From contig CAWBOS010000010.1 of NCBI GenBank assembly GCA_963790475.1, forward strand, positions 576,001 to 640,000: DNA of 64,000 nt, in the 5' to 3' direction. The translations under genes were made by a program, and so were the position numbers. Every line of letters starts with the position of its first letter. Within the stretch, counting starts at the first letter, position 1. This document shows positions 50,893 to 60,442 of this stretch, in pieces. Source of the DNA: an uncultured delta proteobacterium (lineage in GTDB: Bacteria; Desulfobacterota; RBG-13-43-22). The notes under the pieces were generated by a model. The model had not been told where the DNA came from and searched no databases. It saw nothing but the letters and a program-made list of their open reading frames with translations.

Positions 50893-51285
50893 ATGGCAGA
50901 CAAAGAATATTACGCAACAGGGAAAAGGAAACTGGCGATTGCCCGTACCTGGTTGAGGCCGGGGGCAGGACAGATAACGATTAATGGCCGACCAATTGAC
51001 CGGTATTTCAGTCGGGAGACGGCCAAAATGGTTATTCTTCAACCTCTTGAACTGACGGAGACCGTAGGCAAATTTGATATCCTGGTTACTGTGACCGGGG
51101 GTGGTCTTTCCGGTCAAGCCGGGGCCATTAAACACGGAATCACCAAGGCCTTATTGGTTTACGACCCGCAACTGCGGACGGTGTTAAAGAAAGCCGGTTT
51201 TATCACCCGGGATTCGAGGATCAAAGAGCGGAAGAAATATGGTCAAAAAGGGGCCAGGGCGCGTTACCAGTATTCGAAACGTTAA
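50893..51285 (+). CDS. rpsI: 30S ribosomal protein S9
   Basis: TGKRK, GGG.SGQAGA, TRD.R..ERKKYG, QYSKR. Confidence 0.97.
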   Translation: MADKEYYATGKRKLAIARTWLRPGAGQITINGRPIDRYFSRETAKMVILQPLELTETVGKFDILVTVTGGGLSGQAGAIKHGITKALLVYDPQLRTVLKKAGFITRDSRIKERKKYGQKGARARYQYSKR

Positions 51286-51310
51286 GCTTCTTTTAAAATA
51301 TTCGAAGAAG

Positions 51311-51349
51311 AAAAGGGGAGGCCCGAAAAGCTTCCCTTTTTTTTCTTTT
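51311..51349 (+). terminator. rplM-rpsI intrinsic terminator
   Basis: gggaggc..gcttccc + long U tract. Confidence 0.7.
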
Positions 51350-51380
51350 CCGAATCATAAAAACCATACAGACAAAATGG

Positions 51381-51558
51381 ACTAAGTAGTATTTTTTTAT
51401 CTGTTCGAACAAATATTAGAAAATCCCTCCCGACCTCCCTTTGCTAAAGGGAGGAGAAGACTTCCCCCTTTGAAAAAGGGGGATTGAGGGGGATTTTGTC
51501 TCTACCGCTGTTCTGAAACGGCATATTTTTCAAAAACATAAAGTGGTACACTAAGTAG
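51381..51558. repeat. REP-like double palindrome (51421-51497) between 9-bp direct repeats
   Basis: aaatccctcc...ctccctttgctaaagggag...ccccctttgaaaaaggggg...gagggggattt; actaagtag at 51381 and 51550. Confidence 0.65.
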
Positions 51559-51608
51559 AATAGGCAGACCAAACAGACTAAATAGACTATATAGACCGAA
51601 AAGACCTC

Positions 51609-52361
51609 ATGACCTTAGTGGAACGCAATATTCGTCTTTTAATCGCTTATGACGGAACTCAATACCGGGGTTGGCAAAGGCAAAAGAAAAGCCCAACAAT
51701 ACAGGGGGCGATCGAAGATATCCTGTTCAAGATTACGCAGCAGCCGGTCTCGCTCCTCGGGGCCGGCCGGACTGATTCCGGGGTCCATGCCTGGGGGCAG
51801 GTGGCCAGTTTCAAAACTAATTCCAAAATGCCGATGTCTAAAATTGAAGCGGCCCTGCATGCCCTTTTGCCCAAGGATATTTTAATTCGCCAGGTCAGTG
51901 AGGTAGAACCGACCTTTCATGCCCGATTTTCCAGCAAGGCCAAGATCTATGATTATTTAATCTGCAATCAACCCCGCCTCCCTCTTTTTTTTCGTCACTA
52001 TTTTTGGTTTTTACGTGAACCGCTCGATCTGGATTTGATCAAGGCCGGTTTGACCCTTTTGACCGGGGAACAGGATTTTTCCAGTTTCCAAACCCACGGA
52101 AGCGCGGTCGCTCACCCGGTACGCACTCTTTATCAAGCTGTCCTTCTCCCCGGACCCTGGGGCGGCTTCAAGCTGAGGTTTAAGGCCAACGGCTTCTTAA
52201 GGCACATGGTTCGAAATATGGTAGGGCCTCTGATTCGGGTCGGTTTAAAAAGGATCTCCCTAACAGAGTTGGAGGAGATTATAGATTCCAGGGATCGTTC
52301 ACGGGCGGGTGAAATGGCCCCGGCGCAAGGTTTGTTTTTAAGGAAAGTCCTCTATAAGTAA
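51609..52361 (+). CDS. truA: tRNA pseudouridine(38-40) synthase
   Basis: YDGT.Y.GWQ.Q, GAGRTDSGVHA, FHARF, FL..MVR, AP..GL. Confidence 0.96.
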   Translation: MTLVERNIRLLIAYDGTQYRGWQRQKKSPTIQGAIEDILFKITQQPVSLLGAGRTDSGVHAWGQVASFKTNSKMPMSKIEAALHALLPKDILIRQVSEVEPTFHARFSSKAKIYDYLICNQPRLPLFFRHYFWFLREPLDLDLIKAGLTLLTGEQDFSSFQTHGSAVAHPVRTLYQAVLLPGPWGGFKLRFKANGFLRHMVRNMVGPLIRVGLKRISLTELEEIIDSRDRSRAGEMAPAQGLFLRKVLYK

Positions 52362-52445
52362 GGGCGAAGGTTAAAAAGAAAAGGGAGGATGCCTGACCTA
52401 TTTTAACCAAATTTGACAACTTACTTGAGGTTCGCATAGGAGTCC

Positions 52446-52604
52446 CTATTTAAGTGGGGAAGAGGTTTGAACCGTCTCCCGAACCGTGGTATATATGGCT
52501 TTAAAGGCTTCATCAAAATTGGTTAAGGGCAACCGGCCGATTTCAATGTATTTGATAACGATTTCTTTGGCCACTTTCAAGACCATTTCCTCTTCAGGTT
52601 TCAT
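52446..52604 (-). CDS. Small (52 aa) hypothetical protein, missed by the ORF track
   Basis: MKPEEEMVLKVAKEIVIKYIEIGRLPLTNFDEAFKAIYTTVRETVQ...; amphipathic helices; AGAGG upstream. Confidence 0.7.
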   Translation of the reverse strand: MKPEEEMVLKVAKEIVIKYIEIGRLPLTNFDEAFKAIYTTVRETVQTSSPLK

Positions 52605-52890
52605 CCTTTCAAACCTCTCTGATGTTGGACCTATTTAACTTTTTGAAATTCAAAACTTTATTCCTGTCAGATAATTTCGAAATGTTTCGGGCCCCTGCTG
52701 CGGAAGAAGGCGTTTCTCTCAGCAGAGGCCCCGGTTAAGAAGAACCTGAACAGCCCTCCCTGAATGAAAACGATACCTAAGGCCTGAAGGGAAATCAAGG
52801 GTTTTATTTGAAAATATCATAGCCGATTCATGAGGCGTGTGTTATATAAAAAAGAAAATCTAAAAAAATAGTCATCTTCAGACAAAGGTC

Positions 52891-54702
52891 ATGAGCGGTT
52901 TGATACAAATTCTTCCCGAATCCCTGATTAACCAGATTGCCGCCGGCGAGGTCGTTGAAAGACCCGCTTCGGTGGTCAAGGAATTATTGGAGAATTCCGT
53001 TGATGCCGGGGCCTCCGATATCCAGGTGGATATACTTCAATCCGGAAAATCATCCATCCGGGTTACGGACAATGGCGGGGGTATGACCCGGGAAGACCTG
53101 GTGCTGGCTATTGAACGCCATGCCACCAGTAAAATCAGGGAATATGCCGATCTGATCGCCTTAAAGTCGATGGGCTTCCGAGGAGAAGCCTTGCCAAGCA
53201 TTGCCGCGGTCAGCAGGATGACCATCCTTTCCACCCCCAGGGAGGGGGTGTCCGGTCATCGTCTGGAGATTTGGGGAGGAAAAAAAATAAGCCTGGAGGA
53301 AGTTGGAGGGACCTCAGGGACCACCGTGGAGGTGCTCGATCTTTTCTATAACACGCCGGCGCGGATGGCCTTTTTGAAAAGCCCAAGAGTCGAGTGGAAC
53401 CAAATACAGATGGCCTTTGAAAGGGTGGCGCTTGGCTTCCCTCACCTTCGATTCGAACTGACCCATAACGGGAAAAAGATCTTTCAACTCTTTCCCGCCC
53501 GGGACTTAACCCTTCGTTTGCAGGATTTGTGGGGCTCAGAAAAAATAAAAGATTTGATTCCGGTGGACTTGACCGAGGACCGGATCCGGATATATGGTTT
53601 TATCTCTCCCCCCCACTGCCATCAAAATACCTCCAGAAATATTGCTTTTATTGTCAATCAGCGATGGGTGCGCAGCCCTCTGTTGTACCCCCTGGTCCTG
53701 AGGTCCTATGCGGGTATGATTCCGTCAGGGCGTTTCCCCACCGCCATCCTTTGGATGGAAGTTCCTCCGGAACTGATTGATGTCAATATTCATCCCTTTA
53801 AGCAAGAGGTGCGCTTCAGCCAAACAACCTGGATTCAAACTTTGGTGGGAAAGGCGATTCAGCAGGCCTTAAAATCTTATGTGCCAAAACCAGGAGGAAT
53901 AGAGAAAGAGTTTTTATCAACCCAATGGACCCCAGGTCCAACCCAACCTTTTCTGTTTAAGGAATCCGATATCCCCCAATTTCTTACTCCTTTAATCCAA
54001 GAGACAGGGTCTACCCCCTTTGATTTATTCGAGGGACATAATATCCCCTCAAGGGAAGAGGAAGCCTCTTCGTTTATAGATCAACTCACGGATGAGGGAC
54101 AGGCGGTTGATAGGGAGGGGGGGTTTGCTCAGTTGACAGTCCTGAGTCAGATCCGGGGGACCTATCTGGTAGCCTTGATGAACCAAGGCCTGGTGCTGAT
54201 CGATCAGCATGCCGCCCATGAAAGGGTTCTCTATGAACGATACCGGAACCAGTGGCAGGCTGGAGGGGTCTCTTCTCAATATCTTATTATTCCCATTGTG
54301 GTTGAATTGCCTCCGGGATGGACGATCGACATGGACTCTATTTTTCCGGAATTAGCGGCCTTCGGATTTGAGATTACATCGGCGGGTGGAAACAGTTTAT
54401 GGATAAAATCCCTACCCGTGGGAATGAGTTCGGGACAAGGAGAGGAGGCCATAAAAGAAATCCTGGAAGAAATGAAGACGGGAAACCGTTCAACGAGCCC
54501 TGAAGATTTATCTCAATCCTTGTTAAAACTTATGGCCTGCCATAGTGCCGTCCGGGCCGGACAGGTGTTAAGTCCGGAAGAAGTAAAAGCCTTATTGAGG
54601 CAATTGGACCAAACGGAATCTCCTTCTCATTGCCCTCATGGACGTCCCTTATGGATACTGCTTTCCTGGGAAGAGATTGAAAAACGATTCAAACGAAGAT
54701 AA
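52891..54702 (+). CDS. mutL: DNA mismatch repair endonuclease MutL
   Basis: NQIAAGEVVERPASVVKEL.EN, GFRGEAL, DQHAAHER, ACH, CPHGRP. Confidence 0.97.
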   Translation: MSGLIQILPESLINQIAAGEVVERPASVVKELLENSVDAGASDIQVDILQSGKSSIRVTDNGGGMTREDLVLAIERHATSKIREYADLIALKSMGFRGEALPSIAAVSRMTILSTPREGVSGHRLEIWGGKKISLEEVGGTSGTTVEVLDLFYNTPARMAFLKSPRVEWNQIQMAFERVALGFPHLRFELTHNGKKIFQLFPARDLTLRLQDLWGSEKIKDLIPVDLTEDRIRIYGFISPPHCHQNTSRNIAFIVNQRWVRSPLLYPLVLRSYAGMIPSGRFPTAILWMEVPPELIDVNIHPFKQEVRFSQTTWIQTLVGKAIQQALKSYVPKPGGIEKEFLSTQWTPGPTQPFLFKESDIPQFLTPLIQETGSTPFDLFEGHNIPSREEEASSFIDQLTDEGQAVDREGGFAQLTVLSQIRGTYLVALMNQGLVLIDQHAAHERVLYERYRNQWQAGGVSSQYLIIPIVVELPPGWTIDMDSIFPELAAFGFEITSAGGNSLWIKSLPVGMSSGQGEEAIKEILEEMKTGNRSTSPEDLSQSLLKLMACHSAVRAGQVLSPEEVKALLRQLDQTESPSHCPHGRPLWILLSWEEIEKRFKRR

Positions 54703-54853
54703 GTAAAAAACGGCATGGGGCAAGGAGCATAGGGCCCAGAGTAAAAGAATCTCAGATAAACCAAACAAGCGAGACTTCTCTTTGCTCTATTTACTAGTCC
54801 CCTTGGTTTGACCAAACAGACCGCAATAACAGATTGACCAAACAGATCATAAC

Positions 54854-55774
54854 ATGTCCCGTCCCAAATTAATTTTTATCACCGGACCGACAGCGGTCGG
54901 AAAATCCGGCCTTGTCCACCAACTGGCGCGGGAGATGGGGGGAGAGATCCTCAATGCCGATTCCATGCAGGTATACCGGCATATGGATATCGGAACGGCT
55001 AAGCCGACGCCAAGGGAACGAGAAGAAATCCCCTATCATTTGATTGATATTATCGATCCGGACCAGCCCTTTGATGTCTCTAAATTCAAGATCCGGGCCC
55101 AAACGATTATTCAAAAACTGCATCAACGCCGGGTGCCCATTCTGGTGACCGGTGGAACCGGTTTATATTTAAGGGTCTTGCAAAGAGGGATTTTTGCCTG
55201 CCCCACCCCCCAGACTGAGATCAGACAACGTTGGAAGCAAGCCGCCTCTGGTCAAGGCCCCGAATTCCTGTGGGCTGCCTTAAGAGAATCCGATCCCAAG
55301 GCCGCAAACCGGATTCATCCCCGGGATACCTTTCGGTTGATCAGGGCACTGGAAGTCCTGGAGTTGACCGGTCGCCCCATTTCGGATTGGCAACAATGGG
55401 GACAAGAGACCGACTCTGAGTTTGATATTCTCTGGATCGGCCTTTCTCTGGAACGCGAAGCCCTCTACCGGAAGATTAATTTGAGGACCGATGAAATGAT
55501 GACCAAAGGTTTTCTGGCGGAGGTCCGGGGGCTTTTGGAAAAAGGATATTCTCCGGAATTGAAGCCTATGCAATCCCTGGGATACCGCCATTTGACCAAG
55601 GTGTTAAAAGGAGAACAGGATTTAAAAGAAGCCGTGGACTTGATAAAGAGGGATACCCGGCGTTATGCCAAGAGACAAATGACCTGGCTGGGTAGAGAAA
55701 CCAATTTGAACTGGTTTTCTCCGAAAGAATTTGCTACAATACATTTAAAGATTCGCAAATTTCTTGATCAATGA
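54854..55774 (+). CDS. miaA: tRNA dimethylallyltransferase
   Basis: GPTAVGKS, DSMQVY..MDIGTAKP, GGTGLY, TRRYAKRQ.TW. Confidence 0.97.
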   Translation: MSRPKLIFITGPTAVGKSGLVHQLAREMGGEILNADSMQVYRHMDIGTAKPTPREREEIPYHLIDIIDPDQPFDVSKFKIRAQTIIQKLHQRRVPILVTGGTGLYLRVLQRGIFACPTPQTEIRQRWKQAASGQGPEFLWAALRESDPKAANRIHPRDTFRLIRALEVLELTGRPISDWQQWGQETDSEFDILWIGLSLEREALYRKINLRTDEMMTKGFLAEVRGLLEKGYSPELKPMQSLGYRHLTKVLKGEQDLKEAVDLIKRDTRRYAKRQMTWLGRETNLNWFSPKEFATIHLKIRKFLDQ

Positions 55775-55781
55775 TGAAACC

Positions 55782-56306
55782 ATGTCCATCCCTAATTTTT
55801 TAACCCTGATTCGAATCATCCTGATACCCTGGTTCGCAATCCTTCTCATCAACGGGTCTTTCAATCAAGCCTTGTGGGTATTTGCCGGGGCAGCGGTGAC
55901 CGATGGGTTGGATGGACTGACGGCCCGCTGGTTATCCCAAAGAACCCGTTTAGGTTCTTTGTTGGATCCCATTGCCGACAAATTGTTATTATCCACGGCC
56001 TTTATCACCCTGGCGATCATGAAAGAAATTCCGGTGTGGCTTTCAGTGATTGTCATTAGCCGGGATGTGGTGATAGTCCTGGGAGTTGGTATCTTATTCT
56101 TTAGTCAAATCCAGGTTGAAATGAAGCCGACCGTATACAGCAAGATGACTACGGTCTTTCAGCTGTTGTTGATATTACTTGTCCTGTCTTCCGGCTATGT
56201 TCACTTCGGCGATTGGCTGAGACAAGGGTTGGTTTTGACAACTTTGGTTCTTACTGTTTTTTCAGGCTTCCATTATCTCTATACCGGCCTCAAGATTTTG
56301 ACTTGA
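55782..56306 (+). CDS. CDP-alcohol phosphatidyltransferase (PgsA-like)
   Basis: IPNFLTL.R, TD.LDG..AR, G..LDP.ADK. Confidence 0.9.
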   Translation: MSIPNFLTLIRIILIPWFAILLINGSFNQALWVFAGAAVTDGLDGLTARWLSQRTRLGSLLDPIADKLLLSTAFITLAIMKEIPVWLSVIVISRDVVIVLGVGILFFSQIQVEMKPTVYSKMTTVFQLLLILLVLSSGYVHFGDWLRQGLVLTTLVLTVFSGFHYLYTGLKILT

Positions 56307-56334
56307 TCGGCTGGAATTATTTTTCAGACAAGGG

Positions 56335-56458
56335 GAGGCTTTTGCAAAAGTCCCACGGTGTCATTCCGGCGAAAGCCGGAATCCAGTCTTTTCAAAGCAT
56401 TCTGGACACCGGCTTTAGCCGGTGTGACGAATTTTTTTGTGAGATTTGCAAAAACCTC
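56335..56458. mobile_element. 124-bp MITE carrying a REP-like core
   Basis: TIRs gaggcttttgcaaa / tttgcaaaaacctc; 5-bp direct repeat AAGGG at 56330-56334 and 56459-56463. Confidence 0.78.
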
Positions 56459-56562
56459 AAGGGTCACGGATTTTTAGGTGCCGATTTGTCAGGTATCTAT
56501 AGAAATAAGGGGGTTTTTTCTTGACACTTACGGTCAAAATTGTTTAAAAAGAATAACGATAC

Positions 56563-56637
56563 AGGCACGTAGCTCAGGGGGAGAGCGCTACCCTGACACG
56601 GTAGAAGTCAAGGGTTCAAATCCCTTCGTGCCTACCA
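56563..56637 (+). tRNA. tRNA-Val(GAC)
   Basis: Acceptor stem aggcacg/cgtgcct, anticodon arm ctacc-ctGACac-ggtag, GGTTCAAATCC T-arm, encoded CCA. Confidence 0.96.
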
Positions 56638-56651
56638 TGTAAATCAAGGAC

Positions 56652-57887
56652 TTACCCATTTTGGACTAAGTCCTTTTTTATTTCTGCTACCATTTTGCTA
56701 CCATCTTCTTCAAAAATGGTGTTTTCCAGCCTCATGACAGCCTCCTGATTTGTCTCTTTCATCAGGTGAGCATAGACGTTTAAAGTGACCATCGGGGAGG
56801 AATGACCTAACTGGGTTTGAATGTATTTGATATTCTCCCCCTGTTCGACCATGAGGCTTGCGTAGGTATGCCTCAGATCGTGAAAGCGGACCCTTGGTCC
56901 TACTATCTTCTTTGTCTTCTCATCCTTCGTGATAATCCCCGCCTTTATAAGGGCTCCCTCAAACTCCCGCTTGATCATGTTGTTTTTATCAATCGGCCCG
57001 CCGGCGTTGTTAGGGAACATAAGGTCAAGGTCCGTCTTGGGTTCCTTTTGGAAATTCTCCTCTTCTTTTTCTTTTCCGGCCTGGTTGTCTGTACTTTCCG
57101 GCTTGGGGATAGGACAGGCCAGCTTCCATTTTTTTAACTCGGTCAAGAGGGTAGGGGAGAGGTCGATTTTTCGCTTTGACCCCTTTGTTTTGGTAGGAAA
57201 GAATCGGCCATTGTTAAAGGTTCGCTGAACATAAACTTGTTTCTTTTCAAGGTCCAGGTCCTCCCATTTCAAACCCAAAAGCTCCCCTTGCCTCGCCCCA
57301 GTCAAAATGGCTGTTAAAAAGAGAGTCTTGTATTTCTGATCATCCACTGCATCAAGGAAGGCCCGGATTTGTGGGGGTGTCAGGATCTTGATTTCATTTT
57401 CCCTTGTCCTCTGATCCCTTGGCTTTTCGGCCTCCCTATAAGGGTTATGTCCTATGTAGCGATGCCTCACGGCATAGGCCATGATCTGCCCCAGGGAAAC
57501 GAGGATCTTTCTCAGGGTGAGGATATGAATCCCTTTTTCCTGCTTGGCCGTGATGTATTTCTCAATGGCGGCTGTGGTGATTCTGGTTATTTTCTGCTCG
57601 TTTAAATCGTCAAAGTGGTTCCTTAACATTCCCTCGATGACTTCCCAGGTCGTTTCCCGGACCTTGGATTTTTTATATTCAAGCCATTCCTTGGCCACTT
57701 CCGAGAATGAGGGGACCTTAGATTTAGGCAGAAAAAAACCCTTCTCAATGGCATCCTCAATAGCTCTGAGTTCTTCCCTGGCCTTGGTCTTGGTGGTATC
57801 AGGCTTTAAGGTCTTCCACCTCCTGACCCCAAACTGGTCATAGAAGTCAATGACCCATCGGCCGCGCCTTTTCGTTATACAAGCCAT
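56652..57887 (-). CDS. Phage-type tyrosine integrase
   Basis: Arm-binding N-terminus, TGAR.GELL.LKW, K, HDLRH, LGH, Y. Confidence 0.95.
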   Translation of the reverse strand: MACITKRRGRWVIDFYDQFGVRRWKTLKPDTTKTKAREELRAIEDAIEKGFFLPKSKVPSFSEVAKEWLEYKKSKVRETTWEVIEGMLRNHFDDLNEQKITRITTAAIEKYITAKQEKGIHILTLRKILVSLGQIMAYAVRHRYIGHNPYREAEKPRDQRTRENEIKILTPPQIRAFLDAVDDQKYKTLFLTAILTGARQGELLGLKWEDLDLEKKQVYVQRTFNNGRFFPTKTKGSKRKIDLSPTLLTELKKWKLACPIPKPESTDNQAGKEKEEENFQKEPKTDLDLMFPNNAGGPIDKNNMIKREFEGALIKAGIITKDEKTKKIVGPRVRFHDLRHTYASLMVEQGENIKYIQTQLGHSSPMVTLNVYAHLMKETNQEAVMRLENTIFEEDGSKMVAEIKKDLVQNG

Positions 57888-57924
57888 AAGTTAAACCTCC
57901 TCTCTTTATTGGGTTTCTTCCCTT

Positions 57925-58326
57925 CTACCCCTTTGCCCCTGAGACGGCTTTAACCTTCAGGCCGACCATTTCTTTTTTTTCAATATAGGCCCCCAAGAAA
58001 GTATGTCCCTCAATTCCATCCTGGCCATACATGGCCGAATCAATCCTGATATCCCCAACCTCTTTTTCTATAAAATCATAAAGGGCAGTAAACTTTCCTT
58101 CGATATCCTTGATGAGAATCCGGCCCATATCGGCCAGGAAGAATTGATAACTTTCAATGTCAAGGCCAGGGCCTTTATGGAAATCAATCATTTCCAGGAC
58201 ATTAATATACTGTTCTATTTGTGAAAAATAGAGAGTCACGACATCATACAATGACTCTTCGGTATGCTCGATCTCTTTCCCTCGATCCGTTTTATACCTT
58301 GGGTCCTGCTCATTCTTTTTACTCAT
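57925..58326 (-). CDS. Hypothetical protein
   Basis: 133-aa ORF overlapping the upstream ORF, co-oriented with the integrase. Confidence 0.6.
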   Translation of the reverse strand: MSKKNEQDPRYKTDRGKEIEHTEESLYDVVTLYFSQIEQYINVLEMIDFHKGPGLDIESYQFFLADMGRILIKDIEGKFTALYDFIEKEVGDIRIDSAMYGQDGIEGHTFLGAYIEKKEMVGLKVKAVSGAKG

Positions 58327-58648
58327 GGCTTTCTCTCTTTTCCTTCAATACGGATTCGATGTGATTTGAAACGGCTGTCAATCGACTATCAACCCAGCCG
58401 AAAATAAGGTCAGCCCCCAGAATCGCATTTATTAAAACCCCCACTTCACTGTTTGGGTTCCCAAGTGCCCTTAGAAAAAGGCCGGGATTATCCCAAAGAT
58501 GAGAAACGATCCCCCGGATATAATCAATCTCATCGATTACCCCGGATGTTATCTCCTTCGCCTCGGGATCAAATTGGATCCCGGAAACCTTTCTGAGGTC
58601 GATTTTTAGCCTCTCCCGGTCTTTCTCTGTTTTCTCAGTTTTTCCCAT
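58319..58648 (-). CDS. Hypothetical protein
   Basis: 109-aa ORF with GGGGAG RBS. Confidence 0.6.
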   Translation of the reverse strand: MGKTEKTEKDRERLKIDLRKVSGIQFDPEAKEITSGVIDEIDYIRGIVSHLWDNPGLFLRALGNPNSEVGVLINAILGADLIFGWVDSRLTAVSNHIESVLKEKRESHE

Positions 58649-58934
58649 GGTGCTTTCTCCCCTTCCGGCCCATTTAAAAGGCCTGTAAGCGACGATCTTG
58701 TTTTAGACTACTACACTTTGCCCGTTCCTTGGCCTGTTCGTTTAAACCGGCCTATGCTCCGTTTGAGCTTACCCCCTTCCCGCCCCGAATCACGGCTCGG
58801 GGCCACACCGTCATCGATTCACGGAATCGAGGAAAAGAAGGTTTAAAGAGCATGATACTTGCTGATGTTTGCCTGTTCGGTCCGTTCCGATTTAAAGGTT
58901 AAGGTTGAATCACGCATCTTTATCCTCCTTGCAA

Positions 58935-59037
58935 ATAAAAAACCCCGAGATTTTCCCAGGCCGGTCACCGGCCCCCGGGCCTTGCGGCACTCCCGGAATC
59001 TCAGGGTTTTGGTTTGATTTGGTTTTCATTGTGACCT
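58935..59037 (-). ncRNA. Structured leader RNA or attenuator (C4/CI-like candidate)
   Basis: Stem aaaaccctgagattcc/aaaatctcggggtttt + U tract; inner aggcc..ggcct; GTGACC loop complementary to upstream GGTCAC. Confidence 0.4.
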
Positions 59038-59140
59038 CTTTGGGAAAGGTGAAATATACTCACTTATACTTTATTTTACGTTATTCGTCAATAAAATATT
59101 TTTCTTTACCTTTTTACCTGTTTTTGTTACCCTTTCTGGC

Positions 59141-59305
59141 ATGAAAGCCGCTTTATCGTTTAAAGTTGATCCTGAACTAAAAAAGGCCCTGGAAACCTTG
59201 GCCGACCAGGAAAACCGCTCCTTAAGTAATTATGTCATTACCACCCTCAAGCACCATATCGCCGAAAAAGGGATAAAGATAAAGCCAACCAAGCCCAAGA
59301 AATAA
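59141..59305 (+). CDS. Arc/ribbon-helix-helix repressor (54 aa, missed by the ORF track)
   Basis: LSFKVDPELKKALETLADQENRSLSNYV; apparently leaderless, divergent from the integrase operon. Confidence 0.8.
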   Translation: MKAALSFKVDPELKKALETLADQENRSLSNYVITTLKHHIAEKGIKIKPTKPKK

Positions 59306-59310
59306 CCCCC

Positions 59311-59814
59311 CTAACTGGTTGTTGGCGGTAGCAATTTCATCGCCATCAAGAGATTTTTTTGATTCTGGTCTACATTTAAAGGGTCATCTTTAGAAACCGT
59401 CTGGCTTCCCTGGGTTAGAGTGGGATTCACGACCTGATTACTGCTCATTAATAAATCCGGTGCTTTTTGAAATGATTTTGCCCCTCTGATTTTGTAATTA
59501 ATAAATGGGTTCTCTTCAAAATTCCGGTAAGTCCATCGGCCACCACTGGGCAATCGGGGGTCTTCATTACCCCCACTATCCCAAATTCCGGGAGCCCCTG
59601 GCTTCATAAACTTTTCTTTCTCCGTGGTCTTTCCCGTTTGGTCGCCCCATAGTTTATTTAAATGAAAATCAATCATATTATGTTCTAACAGAAGCTGTTC
59701 CGGGGAAGTGTTTGCGTCTGGGTAAACCTCCGCACCTTGGTAAATCATCTCGGCTAACGTCTGTGCGTCAAATGGGATCTGAATTTGTTGGGAACCATAT
59801 TTGACAATAGGCAT
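59311..59814 (-). CDS. Hypothetical protein
   Basis: 167-aa ORF with AAGGAG RBS. Confidence 0.6.
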   Translation of the reverse strand: MPIVKYGSQQIQIPFDAQTLAEMIYQGAEVYPDANTSPEQLLLEHNMIDFHLNKLWGDQTGKTTEKEKFMKPGAPGIWDSGGNEDPRLPSGGRWTYRNFEENPFINYKIRGAKSFQKAPDLLMSSNQVVNPTLTQGSQTVSKDDPLNVDQNQKNLLMAMKLLPPTTS

Positions 59815-59903
59815 TGTCTTGTCTCCTTTTTTCTTAAAAAGTTTATTTTTATAAATACTCCCAAAAACCTAAGAAATAACCTCTGGTGTCCCGGGAAGGC
59901 CCG

Positions 59904-60209
59904 CTAAAATTCCTCTGGCAATCCTGGCCATAATCTGATCCAACCCGGACGCTCCGAACTTTTCCCCCGGGCGATATCCTCCTTAGCCCTTCTGATATTC
60001 TCTTCAGAAAGGGTCTGCCCAACCGCCGGCGGCTGGTCATTTACCCCAGAGATTCGGTCAAGAACGGACTGTAGGGCAGGGCCAATCGCCGTCTCTTGAG
60101 GTCTAAATCGCCGCTCAATCAAGTCTAACATTTGATTGAATAACTCGTTTTTTTTCGAATTAAAGTATGATTCGTTTTTTGGATCCAGGTCCTGGTTGTT
60201 CAATGACAT
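59904..60209 (-). CDS. Hypothetical protein, paralog of 60245-60442
   Basis: AAGGAG RBS; shared ESY..SK..EL..Q.L motif. Confidence 0.65.
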   Translation of the reverse strand: MSLNNQDLDPKNESYFNSKKNELFNQMLDLIERRFRPQETAIGPALQSVLDRISGVNDQPPAVGQTLSEENIRRAKEDIARGKSSERPGWIRLWPGLPEEF

Positions 60210-60244
60210 GGACGGTCTCCTTTATTTTCGTTTGTAGCACCAGG

Positions 60245-60442
60245 TCATATGGGACTACGTAAATTTCTAATTCCTTCATGTTGGGCCTCCCAATCGGCCA
60301 AGCTTTTTGGCTCCGGGGGGAAGTCGGTTAGCTTGATCGGGCTATCACCCAGAAAATTCAAGAGTTGATCGTATAGCTCGTCGATTTTTGAGCTTACATA
60401 TGATTCTTTCTCGGGTCTCTGGGTCTGCTTCTCCGATGGCAT
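60245..60442 (-). CDS. Small protein overprinted on the 3' end of the HTH/coiled-coil gene
   Basis: AAGGAGG RBS, ATG at 60442; paralogous to 59904-60209. Confidence 0.55.
   Translation of the reverse strand: MPSEKQTQRPEKESYVSSKIDELYDQLLNFLGDSPIKLTDFPPEPKSLADWEAQHEGIRNLRSPI

Noticed and set aside
51560-51606. Roughly 9-bp periodic AGAC(T/C)AAA(C/T) repeats (also near 54755-54850) as a CRISPR or iteron array
   Set aside because: Units are too short and degenerate, with no spacers and no cas or rep gene; treated as low-complexity intergenic repeats. No CRISPR array was seen in the window.
56610-56637. Second att copy of the tRNA-Val 3' end
   Set aside because: Not found by eye within the window; the element boundary must lie beyond 64000.
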